DNA of 64,000 nucleotides from Amoebophrya sp. A120. Taxonomy: Eukaryota > Protista > Dinoflagellata. Of this stretch, positions 47,542-59,254 are shown one piece after another (positions within the stretch are counted from its first letter, which is position 1; every line of letters starts with the position of its first letter). A program made the position numbers and the translations under genes. Where the stretch lies: positions 1,903,151 through 1,967,150 of the forward strand of contig CAJINV010000007.1 in NCBI GenBank assembly GCA_905178155.1, read 5' to 3'. Below the pieces are notes generated by a model. The model was not told the origin of the DNA, searched no databases, and saw only the letters and a list, made by a program, of their open reading frames with translations.

Positions 47542-48864
47542 TCAGCATACTTGGTCTGGGTCTGCCGGGTCAGTCTCAATTCGGTCCTTTCCACAGCATT
47601 TGAATAATCTCGAAACTACTTCTCTCAGTTTATTCTTCATCTTCTGTTCGTCGCTTCTTGGAATTTCTGGAATCAGAGTGATCGCAACATAGGGAATTTC
47701 GTTTGGAAAAAACTCGTGGTATTGGGCCTCGTTTCCATGCAACATCCTTGCTGGTTTAGTGATTATCTGCACCGAGGAGGACATCACGTCATTGCGCATG
47801 GCTGGCGTGTGGGTACTTGGTCTCGGACTTTTTGATGATGCATCATTTCCAAGTGCCTTCCCTCCATCACCAACGTTCGTGCGGTCGCCTGTTTGTAATT
47901 CCTTGCCAATATCTCTACCTTTTTTCTTTTTTCGGTCGCGCTCATACCTCCGGGCGGCGATCGCGTCTTCGGCTTGCACTTCTACGCTGTGTTCTTCCGG
48001 CTTGTTGTCATGCAACTTCAGCGCGGCTTGCACTTCTTTGTCGACGACAAGCTGCAGCGGTGGCGGAATATTCAAATCCAGAAACGTGTCCTGCTCGTGC
48101 TCGCGGTCTTCTTCTGGCGACGGAAGATAATCGAGGTCAATATTTTTGCCGCAGTCTTCATTTTCTTCAATCGGGTCGTAGGTTTCTGTTGCTCCACCAA
48201 TTTCATTTTCTGTACTAGAAACTCTAGCACGCCCCTTTTGATCTCCAAACACCAGTCCGCTTTTCAGTCCCCGCTCCGCGTAGCAATGCATAAGAGCGAC
48301 CAACCCCAGGTCGTAGTTGTAGACTTCCGCAAGGCCCGCCGTGCGGAGTAAGTGCTCCCGGTGTTTCGCGACATACTCGCCGCTGCGCTTACCTATCAGC
48401 GAATAGCAGACCACCTCGATGCTGATTCTCGTGTCAGGGGCGGCGTTTTTGCGCTCCCGCGTCCACAGCTCGAAATCCTGGAGCGACATACTGTCTCTCA
48501 AGTAAGACACGGCCCTTTCCTCCCCAGTTCGGCAGTCCACCAGAATCAGTTTTTGCCTCCGCGTGTTCGTCTGAATCTTGTCCAACAACCCCTCCGTGCT
48601 GATGTTCGGCGCTTCCCGGATACTCGGGCGAATGGTGCGGTAGAAAAACTTCGTGGCCGCCTCCAGCCGCTCGGTGTTGGTTGAATCCGCGGTGAGGGTC
48701 GGAACAGAGGAGGAGGAGGTGGAACTTGTCGAGCCTTTGCGCTTTGTAGTACTGGCGACGCCGCCGGGGACATTAGGAGGTGTTTTTGTTGGAATGGTAT
48801 GGGTTTTCTCGGGTGAGACTTTTTGTTTTTCACCTCCTTGTGCAGCGAGTGCCATTGTGACCAC
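47542..48864 (-). CDS. Rhodanese-like domain protein (probably inactive)
   Basis: LILVDCRTGEERAVSYL...VVCYSLIGKRSG...VYNYDLG; Ser at the usual catalytic Cys position. Confidence 0.7.
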   Translation of the reverse strand: MVTMALAAQGGEKQKVSPEKTHTIPTKTPPNVPGGVASTTKRKGSTSSTSSSSVPTLTADSTNTERLEAATKFFYRTIRPSIREAPNISTEGLLDKIQTNTRRQKLILVDCRTGEERAVSYLRDSMSLQDFELWTRERKNAAPDTRISIEVVCYSLIGKRSGEYVAKHREHLLRTAGLAEVYNYDLGLVALMHCYAERGLKSGLVFGDQKGRARVSSTENEIGGATETYDPIEENEDCGKNIDLDYLPSPEEDREHEQDTFLDLNIPPPLQLVVDKEVQAALKLHDNKPEEHSVEVQAEDAIAARRYERDRKKKKGRDIGKELQTGDRTNVGDGGKALGNDASSKSPRPSTHTPAMRNDVMSSSVQIITKPARMLHGNEAQYHEFFPNEIPYVAITLIPEIPRSDEQKMKNKLREVVSRLFKCCGKDRIETDPADPDQVC

Positions 48865-50036
48865 ATGCCAATTACCGTGACGATGGCAAAGATTACGATG
48901 TGACTTGGGTAAAATGGGCAGTGAATTCAGGTAGGAACATTATGCATCCGCTCCAAGCACGACGAGGCATGGCTTTAGATGAGCAGCAACAGACCGAATG
49001 CAAGTTGTTTCAACAACTGTTCAAAAAGATACCGGGGGCATCATCTTTTCCAAAGGTGTAGAGATAAGCTGCGTCGTGTCATTCGAGCCGCGCCGTGACT
49101 GTTTTGACAGTAGTGTCAAAGTCAATTTAGTTTAGGAAAAAAAGCCCTCAGGCCGGTCTTCGTCTTCAAGAAGAATCTTCTTGAAGAGTAAGACCGGAGC
49201 GAAATAAATAGGAATACTTGTTGCAGATCGGAAAAATAAAATTGAAATCATTGAAAGACAAATTCATCGGAGTAGAAGGTTTTGGTCTTCGAATGATAAC
49301 TCGATAGAATTTCTCACCGAGGGAAAATCGACTGGATGGGTCTAGCAACGAACCGAGCAGAGGGAAGTAACAGATCAAATAATTTACCGACTCAGTGCTT
49401 CATACCTGATGCGTATCGTACTAAAAGCGCCTGACAACCGATATGATGTGCCTCCGTCGTTCATTGGAAGTTGAGAGGACAAAAAAGCATGCGCGGAACA
49501 GGTGACCCAGCTGCATCAGCAGCTGTGTACTTTCTCTATTTTCCACCCTGGTTTTGAAATCGTATGCTCTTGCTTATCAAGCTGCAAAGCTGTGGCCGTG
49601 CGTGCAGTGCAGTGGCAGTGTTTACCATGACTTTCGTAAATCATAATCATTCAGGTAGAAGAGCACTGCGGCAGGTGCACTTATCACGACGAAACTAACT
49701 TCACTAGAGTGGCAATGCGATGCTGAGTGAAAGATGCAGCTGCTTCTTGTAGAACAAGAATCTGGTGGCAGTATAGACCCTGCGACAAGTCTTTTGGTAC
49801 AAAGAAACACGAATGTCAAAACAACCAACGTTGTTTGTTGTGAACCACGTGAATTGTCATTTTGTTTTTTGTACATCAAGTAGTGACAGTGAAAGAGAAA
49901 GTGAGGTGAAACCATAACATTGACACTCAAAACCAATTGCTATTATTTGCAGTGCATCGAATTATTGTACAAAAGGAAGAACGTCAGGAATGTGTGTGGG
50001 AACTAACAAGAATAAAATCAACAAATTCTGAACATA

Positions 50037-50963
50037 TTACTCAACATCTTTGTATACCGCACCTCCAGGGGGAGACGATCCCGACCCGCTTTTGGAGTGT
50101 GATGTTGAGAACAAATCCGCGCGCTCGAAGAGATTCTCTCCACACGCGACGGTCGCCGACCACGCGTAGTTTGCCAAAGACCGGGATCTCTTCGGCGCCT
50201 TGGCTCGGTGCTTACGCGCCGTGCAGCCGACGATGAGGGCGGTTCGTTTTCGCAGTTCGTCTTCGTTGTACTGGTGCAAGCCCCTTTCGTAGCCATTTTC
50301 GTCGAAACAGAAGGCCTTGCAGCAGCTCCACTGAAACCCCGGCTGCAGATCGCCGTCCCAGTCCCATTGCTGGATGCGCCCCGGGTGGTACAAGCAGCCC
50401 TTCCCCGCCCGATCGAGCAGCGATTTCTTTTCGCCCAACCCCACCGCCTGGTCGCACTCGCGGAACTTGTCGCCGCAGAGCAGGCAGGTTTTGGTTTCCC
50501 GGAGGTGTTTCGCGCCCGCGTGCCAGTCCTTGCTGACCAGCGCGATCGTGTCGGCCAGCGGAGCTGCGAAATCTGCTATCTCCCGACAGAGCTCAAGCGG
50601 GAGATAAGGCGAACCACTACACGACGAGTCCGCGGACGATGATTGTTCCGAGTTACTGACGGTCCTCATGTGAACATCTTGATCATGATCATCCTCGCTG
50701 CCGCCGTCGTTATCGTCAAGATTCTGTGTCTGCCTGGTACAACAACCGCCCACTTCTGGTAGGAGTTGCGGTGCAAGAACAGGAGCTCTCGGTTCCCCTG
50801 AGGGCTGTGGTGCACTCGGTGCGTGTGCTGCAGGGGACATCGCAGTAGAGGCGGGGTCAAGCGGCCCGACCCCAACAACGGCGCTGTTCCCACTAGACGA
50901 GGACCACATAGTGCTGGCTTTCCTTTTCAAAACGTTGCTAGAGGCAAAATGGTCGTAAGGCAC
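50037..50963 (-). CDS. F-box-like plus Btk/CHORD-type Zn-finger protein
   Basis: LPLELCREIADF (F-box-like); CLLC, CLYHPG...WSCC...GC...H. Confidence 0.6.
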   Translation of the reverse strand: MPYDHFASSNVLKRKASTMWSSSSGNSAVVGVGPLDPASTAMSPAAHAPSAPQPSGEPRAPVLAPQLLPEVGGCCTRQTQNLDDNDGGSEDDHDQDVHMRTVSNSEQSSSADSSCSGSPYLPLELCREIADFAAPLADTIALVSKDWHAGAKHLRETKTCLLCGDKFRECDQAVGLGEKKSLLDRAGKGCLYHPGRIQQWDWDGDLQPGFQWSCCKAFCFDENGYERGLHQYNEDELRKRTALIVGCTARKHRAKAPKRSRSLANYAWSATVACGENLFERADLFSTSHSKSGSGSSPPGGAVYKDVE

Positions 50964-51795
50964 AAGACCATCTGCACGACCGACATCATCAAGGAGTGTT
51001 CCAGTTCTTTAGGCTGCTTCTACCAAGGAGATACTTAGAAGTCGTTCCCGCCTCCCTCGCCCCTTGCGCGTCGTGGTAATGAATTGCTGTCGACAAGACG
51101 ACTTGCAATAGCGATAGTCGGACAGATGCTTTGCTGAAGCTTGTGCGACACGAAAAAAAATATTTTTGCACTTTGTGTGCTATATTATCTATCTTCGTCA
51201 GGAAAAGTAACTGGTGCTAACACCTGGGGTAAGAAGTCTTCAATGAAAATCATGGAATTCATTTCACGACCACGCTAAAATTTGTTACGACGGATCGCGA
51301 CGATAAAATTTGTATACGACATAGTTCGATCCAAGTGGCGCTTCACGAAGCACTAATGGCACGAAAATGGAGAGATCAGCAATTGAATTCCTACGACGAT
51401 CAGCATAGCTACGAAAGAGCGAACCCTTGAGCGAAGGACCAAGATTGCACGAAATATTCATATATCAAACCGAGGCTGTTACTGAGGAGGCGGCGTGTGT
51501 TACTGTTGATACATCAGCACTGTGATTATGTTGATATAACAGAAACGAATATCGTCAGGCTACCAACCGACAATAGATGGCGCGGACACGAGGAACAGAG
51601 GGCGATACTTTGTTTCGTAATTGCCAACATCGGTATCACTGTGCTTTGTCAATAGACTTGCGAATCGATCCCGATTCGCTTTGAATCTCGCTGAAGGTGG
51701 GAATCGGACTCAATTGTACTCTTTGGTCGTTTGCTGGTGTTGCAAGAACTGGTATCACGCCGACAATTCTCAGAAATCATGCGAGGATGAGCGGC

Positions 51796-54700
51796 TCACT
51801 CCAGCCCACTTTCCACCAGCATGGGGATCACGGCGAAGGCTCCACTCAGAAGCACAAACGCTAAAGACTTTCGCACTAGGTCCGCGGTTAACACGTTGCC
51901 GAGGAGGCACCAACAATGCTTCTTCGACACACGATAATCGCCATAGTAGACGCAACCGTGGTCAAGCAACAAGTGCAACTCCTGCAGTGGATCGCGCGTT
52001 GCTGTTCCGGTGGAAGTGTTTGTCGGACCAAACACGTCATCGCGTTCATCTTCTACTCCCATCTCCCCGTAGAAAGAACCTCTTGCAGTTGACGTACCAT
52101 GGTCGTGTTGCCCGGACGAAACTTTCGCATGTAACCCTGTACTACCGTCATCATTTCCGATGCGCGATGAATCCACGGCGTTCTGATGTGTTTGATGTGG
52201 GACATGATCTGTTCCTGTGCCTCTATTCTCGCCCGGCAAGACTTCCGTGGCAGAAGAAGATGTGGTTTTTTGAGGAAAACCAGATCTGGTCAAGTGGGTT
52301 TTTTGTTGATTTACACTGGTTCGTCCCCTAAACCGGAGCCGGTTCTTCATACTGCTATCACCCCCGAAGTCACTTCCGAAAGCATTGCTCCCACCCGACG
52401 TAGCCGCGAAGAACTCGGGTCTGAAGGTGGCCATGGCGCGATGTCTCAATTGCGAAACAAAAAGCTCGTACTCATCGCCGAGGGACGCCAGGGAGGACAT
52501 GAGCAGGTAGAAGACGAAGAGGAAAAAAGCCGCCTGTGACGGCAGGGTGTTGTAGAGCCAAATCGACAACATGAGGGAGCCGATCGCACCGTAAAGCAGC
52601 ACCAGGAGAAGCATAGCCATGGTGCTGCCTGTGATCTGCCGCGTTCGGGTGAACAGTTGCTGGTGGGTGCGGTCAAAATTCCGCAGGTCAATCGCAATGT
52701 GCGAAATGGAAGACTCGATGGTATCAATTTGATGTTCTGTGCCACCAGTGTCATGAAAACGATCAAGATCCTCGTAGTAGTTCGAGTTCTGAACAACCTC
52801 GAGTTTAATGTGCTGCTCTCCATTGTTGCTTGATGTTGGATGGATGTGCTGCATCTCGGCTGTAGTTGTAGAGGAACTTCGATTTGCTCCGGATGCTATT
52901 CGTTCCGGATTCGATCCACGACCCAAGTTGCCCCGACGGTCCTTCGAGTCGCTTCGTTGTTTGACGACGACGTCGCGCAGATTCATGATCATTTTCTCCA
53001 CTGCGTCGATTTGCCGCATGAGCTGCGTCCTGACCGCCCTCACGTACTGCACGTGACAGTGCGACATGGCGTCCAAGAACAATCCGGAGAACACCAAGTT
53101 GGACTGCATGGCGCAGATCTGGCCGGAATAGAGAATCCCACCCATGGCCTGGTTGAAGTTGAGAAGCCCGACCAGCAAACCCGCAAACATCCCCAGCCGG
53201 AACCGGAAGACAAATTTGTTGGTGAATTTCTGCAAGGAGGACCCCTCGTTCACGGTCGCGGCGCGTTTATACAGGGCGAGTAAGTAACACAAACGTGTGA
53301 TCCAGGTCGAAAAGCAGGAGCTTGGTGACAAAGTTGTGCACGTACGGGCCGAAGATTGCGAACATCCAGAACAGGAAGAGAGTGAGCCAGAGGAGCAGGG
53401 CCTTCGCGCCGAGTCCCTCGTCCGTGAAGAGGCGCCAAAACCACCAGGAGAAGCCGGCGACAAACATCAGCGCGCGCACCGCGTAGCGGGGTAGGAGGCT
53501 GGGAGTCGGAAGGTTCGAAAGGAGGAAGTGGTGTGCTGGTTTATTTCTGTAATGTGTGCTAGCAGCTAAAGTGGCGTTTTCCTTCTCGTCTGGCGAAGTC
53601 GACGCAGTCGTGGAGGTGGCGTAGGACGACGGGTTATAGGATTGCATAATTCCTGTAGTTTTCAACATCTTAGCTTCGTCTGCAGGGGCGGGCGAGATGT
53701 AGATGCTCTGTTCGTCTCGCAGATAATACCTCCTTGTTCTACTCGTACTCACGTTTGCCTGTTTCGCCGCAGTGCTACTGGTGTGGTCCACAGAGTGTAA
53801 AAACAACACATCTGGTCGTTCCGTTGCAGGGTTTACATTTTTTGAAAGAGAACTAGGAGCAAGGAAATTGTCCGAGTGGATCAGTCTTGCGTATGCCTGT
53901 TTCGCCCTCTCCAGGGCGATGACGACCCCTTCCGAGTTTCGCACGCAGGCGGCCATGGCCATTCGGAAGAAATAAAATTGCGGCAAGGGAAGCAGCGTTT
54001 CAGTTTCTTCGATTTCGTCCTCGACGGTTTGTTCCTCTTTGAGTTCTGCTATTGCCAGTTGCTGTCCACCGCTGCTAGAAGTCATTTGTTGTTCCACCGT
54101 CGACGTCGGCCTGCTGCTCACCGGCGGCGTGGTCACCCTCACTCCATGCAAACACCTAACGACGATCCGCTGCACCACCGCGTTCACGACACTGACGACA
54201 AAGGCCAGCGTGAAGGCGGCGAAGACGAGGACAATCGCCCCGCGCCACTGGGTGGCGCCAAACTGCTGGCTGAACGGGTCCTCCCGGGTGTCGAGTTCGG
54301 ACAAACGGACCGCGTCGACGGTGTGAAAAGCCAAGTTCGCGACCGTGTTCGACTGACAGAGGCAGGGGAGACGGCGGTGGCAATCCGTATCGTACCAGAC
54401 CGACCGGTATCCAGGAAAAAACATCCATCCCATCCCCATCCATTTCTTGCATGACAAACACAGGACTTTATACCTGTTTTGCATGACAAATTGGATGTGG
54501 ATGGGCGTTTGTTCCTGGATAACCGGCCCCACAACTTCTCCTGGAGCGCGTACACGCAGTCGTGCCGGTTAGTGAAGAGTTGCTTCGAAAACCTCTCGAG
54601 CTTGAACTGCTCACCCCCGTCTGGTTCGTACCGTGCCCAAGGCAGTTGCTTCTTCAAACCGACGAGCTTCGTGGGCCAGAGCGGATCGGCGTGCTTTGCG

Positions 54701-55440
54701 ATCTGCAGCCGAAGTTCTTCCTGTTGGAAAGAGCCAGCAGATGAAGAGCCTGATGTTCCAGAAGTTGTACTTAATATCGCGGCCCCACCTCCGCCCATGT
54801 GTTGTTCGCAAGAAGCCAAAAATTTGCCCACGTCGCGATCCGCATTGGTAGACACGGCGGTGTTTACCTCTTGCCCGGGGGAAATCCTCGTGAAGGCGAT
54901 GTTTTCAAGTAAGCTTGTAGAGGAGGCGCAGGTGCTGTTGCTCGGAAATAAACTATTGCCACTTGACGACGCAATTGGCACTCCCTCCACCCAGAACCAG
55001 GCCTGCATGTCGCTCTTGCTTTCGGACTCGGCGCCGCGATACAAACCGACCCAGAACCGGAGGAAGGGGTCTTGGGATCGGAGGTTCGTCGGTTTGCTGC
55101 TGCCAAAGGAGGTTTGCATGGAATCCAGCCGTTTTTTCTTGTCGACAACGACTCTCCACAGGAAATCCTCATTTTCCCGGACCACGGTGGCCACCGTCGC
55201 GTTAAAGGCTTCGCAGATTTGGGTCTGACAAGTCAGGAAAGGCCACCCGTACTGAGAGTCTTGTTCTTCCTGCCCGCTCGCGAGGGTCGCGGCGAGTTCT
55301 TGTGCGGGCGAGGAGATCGCGTCGGACAATGAGAATAAATCGTCGTCATCGGGAGAGAAATATCTGTAGCAACGACGGGTTGGGGCATGGTAGTGCCAAG
55401 AGGGGTCGGGACAAGGGTTAGACGTCGACATGTGGTTCAA
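51796..55440 (-). CDS. C-type lectin domain multi-pass membrane protein
   Basis: CPDPSW..RCYRYF, FWVGLYR, WARYEPDG, DCVY..WYDTDCHRRLPCLC after introner removal; several TM segments in ORFs 53267-54532 and 51796-53463 (frame change near 53290). Confidence 0.75.
54408..54521. mobile_element. Introner family B
   Basis: TATCCAGGAA...TTCCTGGATA; TSD ACCGG; removal gives LWGRSVWYD on the minus strand. Confidence 0.92.
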
Positions 55441-56355
55441 TCAGCGTGATATTCATGTTCCTCTACTTCGTGCAGTTTTCATCTGCAGAATCTAAGTGCT
55501 TTTTGAAAAGGCTAAATCGGTCTTTCGGCGTGGCGCTTGATACCAAGTTCACCAAGTTCAAAGGTCGGACTCGGATCATACATACAGTATTTCAACATTA
55601 TAGCACTCCACCAAGGTGTATGTGTAGGATTAAGCTTATGAAATGAAAATAATTCGATTACAAAATACATCACGAACTTGCCTTGGTCCATGTATGTAAA
55701 CATTACAATATTACGGAAACGGGCAGGGTGGAGAGATTGAGATTAATAAACCAGGTAGGGTGGTTGCTGCCTTGATGAGCACCAGAACTTTCATCACGAG
55801 AAGATAGATTTGCACGAAGAAGAAGCCGACACAGATGAAATGATGCGGTGCACCTGCACTGCACAAATAAACGACAAGAGGAGGTTTGGTGCCCGCTTCT
55901 AAACGACTGGCGTCATGGTTCTTGCGGTTGCGTACCCCTCTGTTATCGAAATTGCTGCGGTGGGAGTGCCTCTTGTGACACACCGACACAAAATGAAAAC
56001 TGTGGGGACACACCGATGCATCGCGGTTCGTTTAATATTTTCGGTTCTGAACCACGCACGGATGCGGAACGTGCTCTAAAAAGTGTAGAACACGAAGCTG
56101 CACGTCGGCGAAAGCGAATACCATTGGTCGAAGCCTCCGTTCTGTTTCTTGCAATGAGCAATCAGAAGAAATGATCTCCTGCTTCTCACAAATCACAGCG
56201 GGTTGAAAAAAATGTTTAGCGTAAAAAATGTTGGGCCACCGGTCTCCAAAATGCACTTCGTTGCGTTTCAATAGCGTTGTCTTTCGCTCCATTCATCTTG
56301 GAAGTAAAGGAAGACGCAAACATTGGCGCACTTTCTACTTGAAAGAAATTCAGGC

Positions 56356-57560
56356 TCACTTCTTCTTGTTCTTCCTTTTGTTTTTTTTGGAGTTCGCTCC
56401 TGCCCCGCCGGAGGCCGCCGCTTCCGTGGTCCCAGCGGACTTGCACTTCTGATTAACTTTTGCGGCCGCAGCGTCTTCTGTCTCAGCGTTATTGATCTCT
56501 TGCACGTGCCGCAGCATCTGTTCTACCGTAATCTGTTTGTTCTCCTTGTTGTTTTTGCCCGGCTTTTCTTTCTTCCACGGCACCGCTTCCAAATTCTCCG
56601 TTGCACACAAGACCCGGTGGCGCAAGCTCCGGAGCGCCTGAATCTGGTCGTAGAACTCCTTTGCCTCCTTGGTGGGCTTGGAAAACGGCCCGAACGCGAA
56701 GTACGCTGCCCTGTACTGCAAAGCCAGGAGCAAAATCCCGCACCGGAACATGGTGTGCTCTGGCGTGTTGTTTTCTGCGCTCAAGTCCGCGATCTGAATC
56801 TTCAGGAACTCAATCGGCGACTCCCGTCTCTGTTGCACAAATGCCTGCATTTTCGCCATCGTGTCCTTCTCATGGCGCAAAATCCGGATCTGCATCCAGC
56901 TTTCCACCATATTTGACCAAAACTTGTACTGTAACACCAAGGGGAAGTAGTTCAAATTGTTGGTGAAGTCCAAATGACGGAGAAACAGGATGCTATTCTG
57001 GTTATGCACGGCATAAGTTATCTTCTCATCATGATGTTCATGATCGTTCGTACTACCGTATTAATTGGTAATTACTGTATCATACTACAGTATTGCATGA
57101 AAAAAGAAAATTCCAGGGGGAGATCCGAAATTCGTCATGCAGATAATTCAGGCAAGAAAAACTAGAAGATCGTCTGCCAACATCCATATATTTTGATATT
57201 AGCGAGTATGATGTTGCTTTTGCCGTGCATAATGGTGCTGGAGCAGCAGTTGCTGGCGCAGTTCCCGGTCCTCGTTGCAGTTGTCCGTAAGTAATAGCGA
57301 CGCAGCAGATAGGTCCGTGCAGTCTTGCTTTTTGTTGTTGCCGATCACGTTCTCCAGCATGTAATAGGCCTCCAGAACGGATTGCATGGCGCTAACAGCG
57401 CTCGGGTCCTCCTTGTGCACCCGCTCCAAGATTTTGTGGTACCCTTTCGCGTGCTATGCAACACAAATTTGCAGCCGCGCACGACGTAGATAACTATGCG
57501 AGGCAGATCTTCTCTTCGGTGTTTAGGTAGCCAACTTAAGCTGTTGGAGGAAGGAACCTG
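56356..57560 (-). CDS. Helical hypothetical protein exons (may be the C-terminal part of the SET gene)
   Basis: ORFs 56356-57009 and 57199-57429 with protein-like composition. Confidence 0.45.
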
Positions 57561-57600
57561 TTCATCTGCGGAATAGCAATAGCCCGCGCGTGCTCTTTCG

Positions 57601-59085
57601 TCATGCAAAGTCGCATTCTTTAGTTTTACGTGCGCAGCTGCAAATTTTTACTTCGAATACGTGCTGCTCCGGGAGTTTGAGTTTGCTCCGCTCGTCCTGC
57701 TGGTTCGCAAACATAGACTTTTTTGTCGCCCACTGCTCACAGGCGTGCAAAAGGGCGCGTGGTTTGTTTATTGTGGCGAAGGGGGTGCAAGTTACAGACG
57801 AGGACATGCTGTTCTCCATTTCATCGGGGTCGCTTTCCTCTTGCGTCGTGTTATTTTTAGTACCCGGCCTCCCAGCAGACGAAGAGCTACTAGCAGACAT
57901 CTTTATTCCTCTCTTTACCGCCTCTGCCGCGTCCTCTTCTGCCTCACAGGCCGGGCAGGTGCACCAAAAGCCCCAATTTCGGCGCAGCTGCGCGCGCCGT
58001 TCGTCGGCGCCCGGGAAGAGGGCGATGTAGGGGAAGGTTAATTCTTCACCTTTCCGGATCTTTTTCGTCGCTCGCACGCGGGCGAAGCAGTAGTACTCTG
58101 CGGGTTCTTGCAGCGCCAGCGGCTGGAGGTCCTTGCCTTGTTTCTCGTGCATGGTCTTCTGCTTCTCTTTGTTACAGCAATTCTGCGGCAGTAAACTCTC
58201 GTCCACCTGCTCCCAGCCGCAGTTGGGCGCGCAGCTGTGGTTGAAGCGAGACAGGGTCAGAAAGAGGCGCCGCCGCCCGGCCTGCTCGATCGTGTTCGTC
58301 TTCGCAATATCGCGGACTCGCAGCCGCTGCCGCTGCAATTTTCGCAGTTGCTTTTTCTCCTGGACCAGTTTCTTCCTCCGTTGCGGATCATCTACCGCAG
58401 CTTTATTTCTTGACGATAATGGCACAGCCTGATTCTCTACAACATTTTTAGAAGAAGATGTTATTTGATCCTCCTCCTCCTCTTCCTCTTCGGTTGTTGT
58501 ATACCCACCTCCGGAGTCGCTCGTCTCCCGCCCGAGGTCTTGTCCCTGTAAATCCAAAATCGCCTTCTGCGCCTTCTCCGGTAGGTTCCGGAATTCTTCA
58601 AAGAAGTAATCAAACGCGTCCACTTTTTCCCGCTTCTTGATCGCCAGCTCCGCGATTTTGCGCTTGGTCGCCTCCAAAATCGGGAATTCTTCCAGGATCA
58701 GTTGTCCGATTTCCAAGTCGCGTTTCGCCAACACTCCAAACCCCTTCCCCGGGATCTCCTTCACTTCGAAGGTGTCGTGCAAGTCGCCGCCGTAGTACTT
58801 TCCGTTCATCACAAAGCAGTGTCGTTCGTCCTCGCGGTCGTAGTAGAAATGCTTTTTCATTTCCTGGCCGTCTTCGCTGAAGACGTCGGAAAAGTTGGCG
58901 AGCTTGTCGATCTTCTGAAACTTATCGACCCGCTTCTGCGCGATCATCTCTTCCGTGCCCGTGCTGTCGTCTTTCAGGATGGACTTGATCATCAGCTCCC
59001 GCCACAATTGGTACCGCTTCTCCGCGTCTTGGAGCATCAGGCTGTGGATGTGCTCGGGCTGGGGGAGCATCTTCACCTGGGTCAT
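57601..59085 (-). CDS. SET-domain lysine methyltransferase (SMYD/Set5-like)
   Basis: GKGFGVLAKRDLEIGQLILEEFP, SRFNHSCAPN, ATKKIRKGEELTFPY, post-SET WGFWCTCPAC. Confidence 0.9.
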   Translation of the reverse strand: MTQVKMLPQPEHIHSLMLQDAEKRYQLWRELMIKSILKDDSTGTEEMIAQKRVDKFQKIDKLANFSDVFSEDGQEMKKHFYYDREDERHCFVMNGKYYGGDLHDTFEVKEIPGKGFGVLAKRDLEIGQLILEEFPILEATKRKIAELAIKKREKVDAFDYFFEEFRNLPEKAQKAILDLQGQDLGRETSDSGGGYTTTEEEEEEEDQITSSSKNVVENQAVPLSSRNKAAVDDPQRRKKLVQEKKQLRKLQRQRLRVRDIAKTNTIEQAGRRRLFLTLSRFNHSCAPNCGWEQVDESLLPQNCCNKEKQKTMHEKQGKDLQPLALQEPAEYYCFARVRATKKIRKGEELTFPYIALFPGADERRAQLRRNWGFWCTCPACEAEEDAAEAVKRGIKMSASSSSSAGRPGTKNNTTQEESDPDEMENSMSSSVTCTPFATINKPRALLHACEQWATKKSMFANQQDERSKLKLPEQHVFEVKICSCARKTKECDFA

Positions 59086-59254
59086 TTGACGGTTTTTTTC
59101 GAATCTTCTTCACGGTTGAAAAATTGACTTCATCAAGTTGTAGGAACAACGAGGATCATCTTCATCATTTTCAGAAGAATTTACTCATCTATACATCAAG
59201 AGCGAGTTATTTTTGTTTGTGTATAGAGGTCGTGGATAAACTGGATGCCCAGAT

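Noticed and set aside
50288-50299. CGTAGCCATTTT resembles the dinoflagellate spliced-leader core
   Set aside because: Only 12 nt, lacks GGCTCAAG, and lies antisense within coding sequence (ENGYE); probably chance
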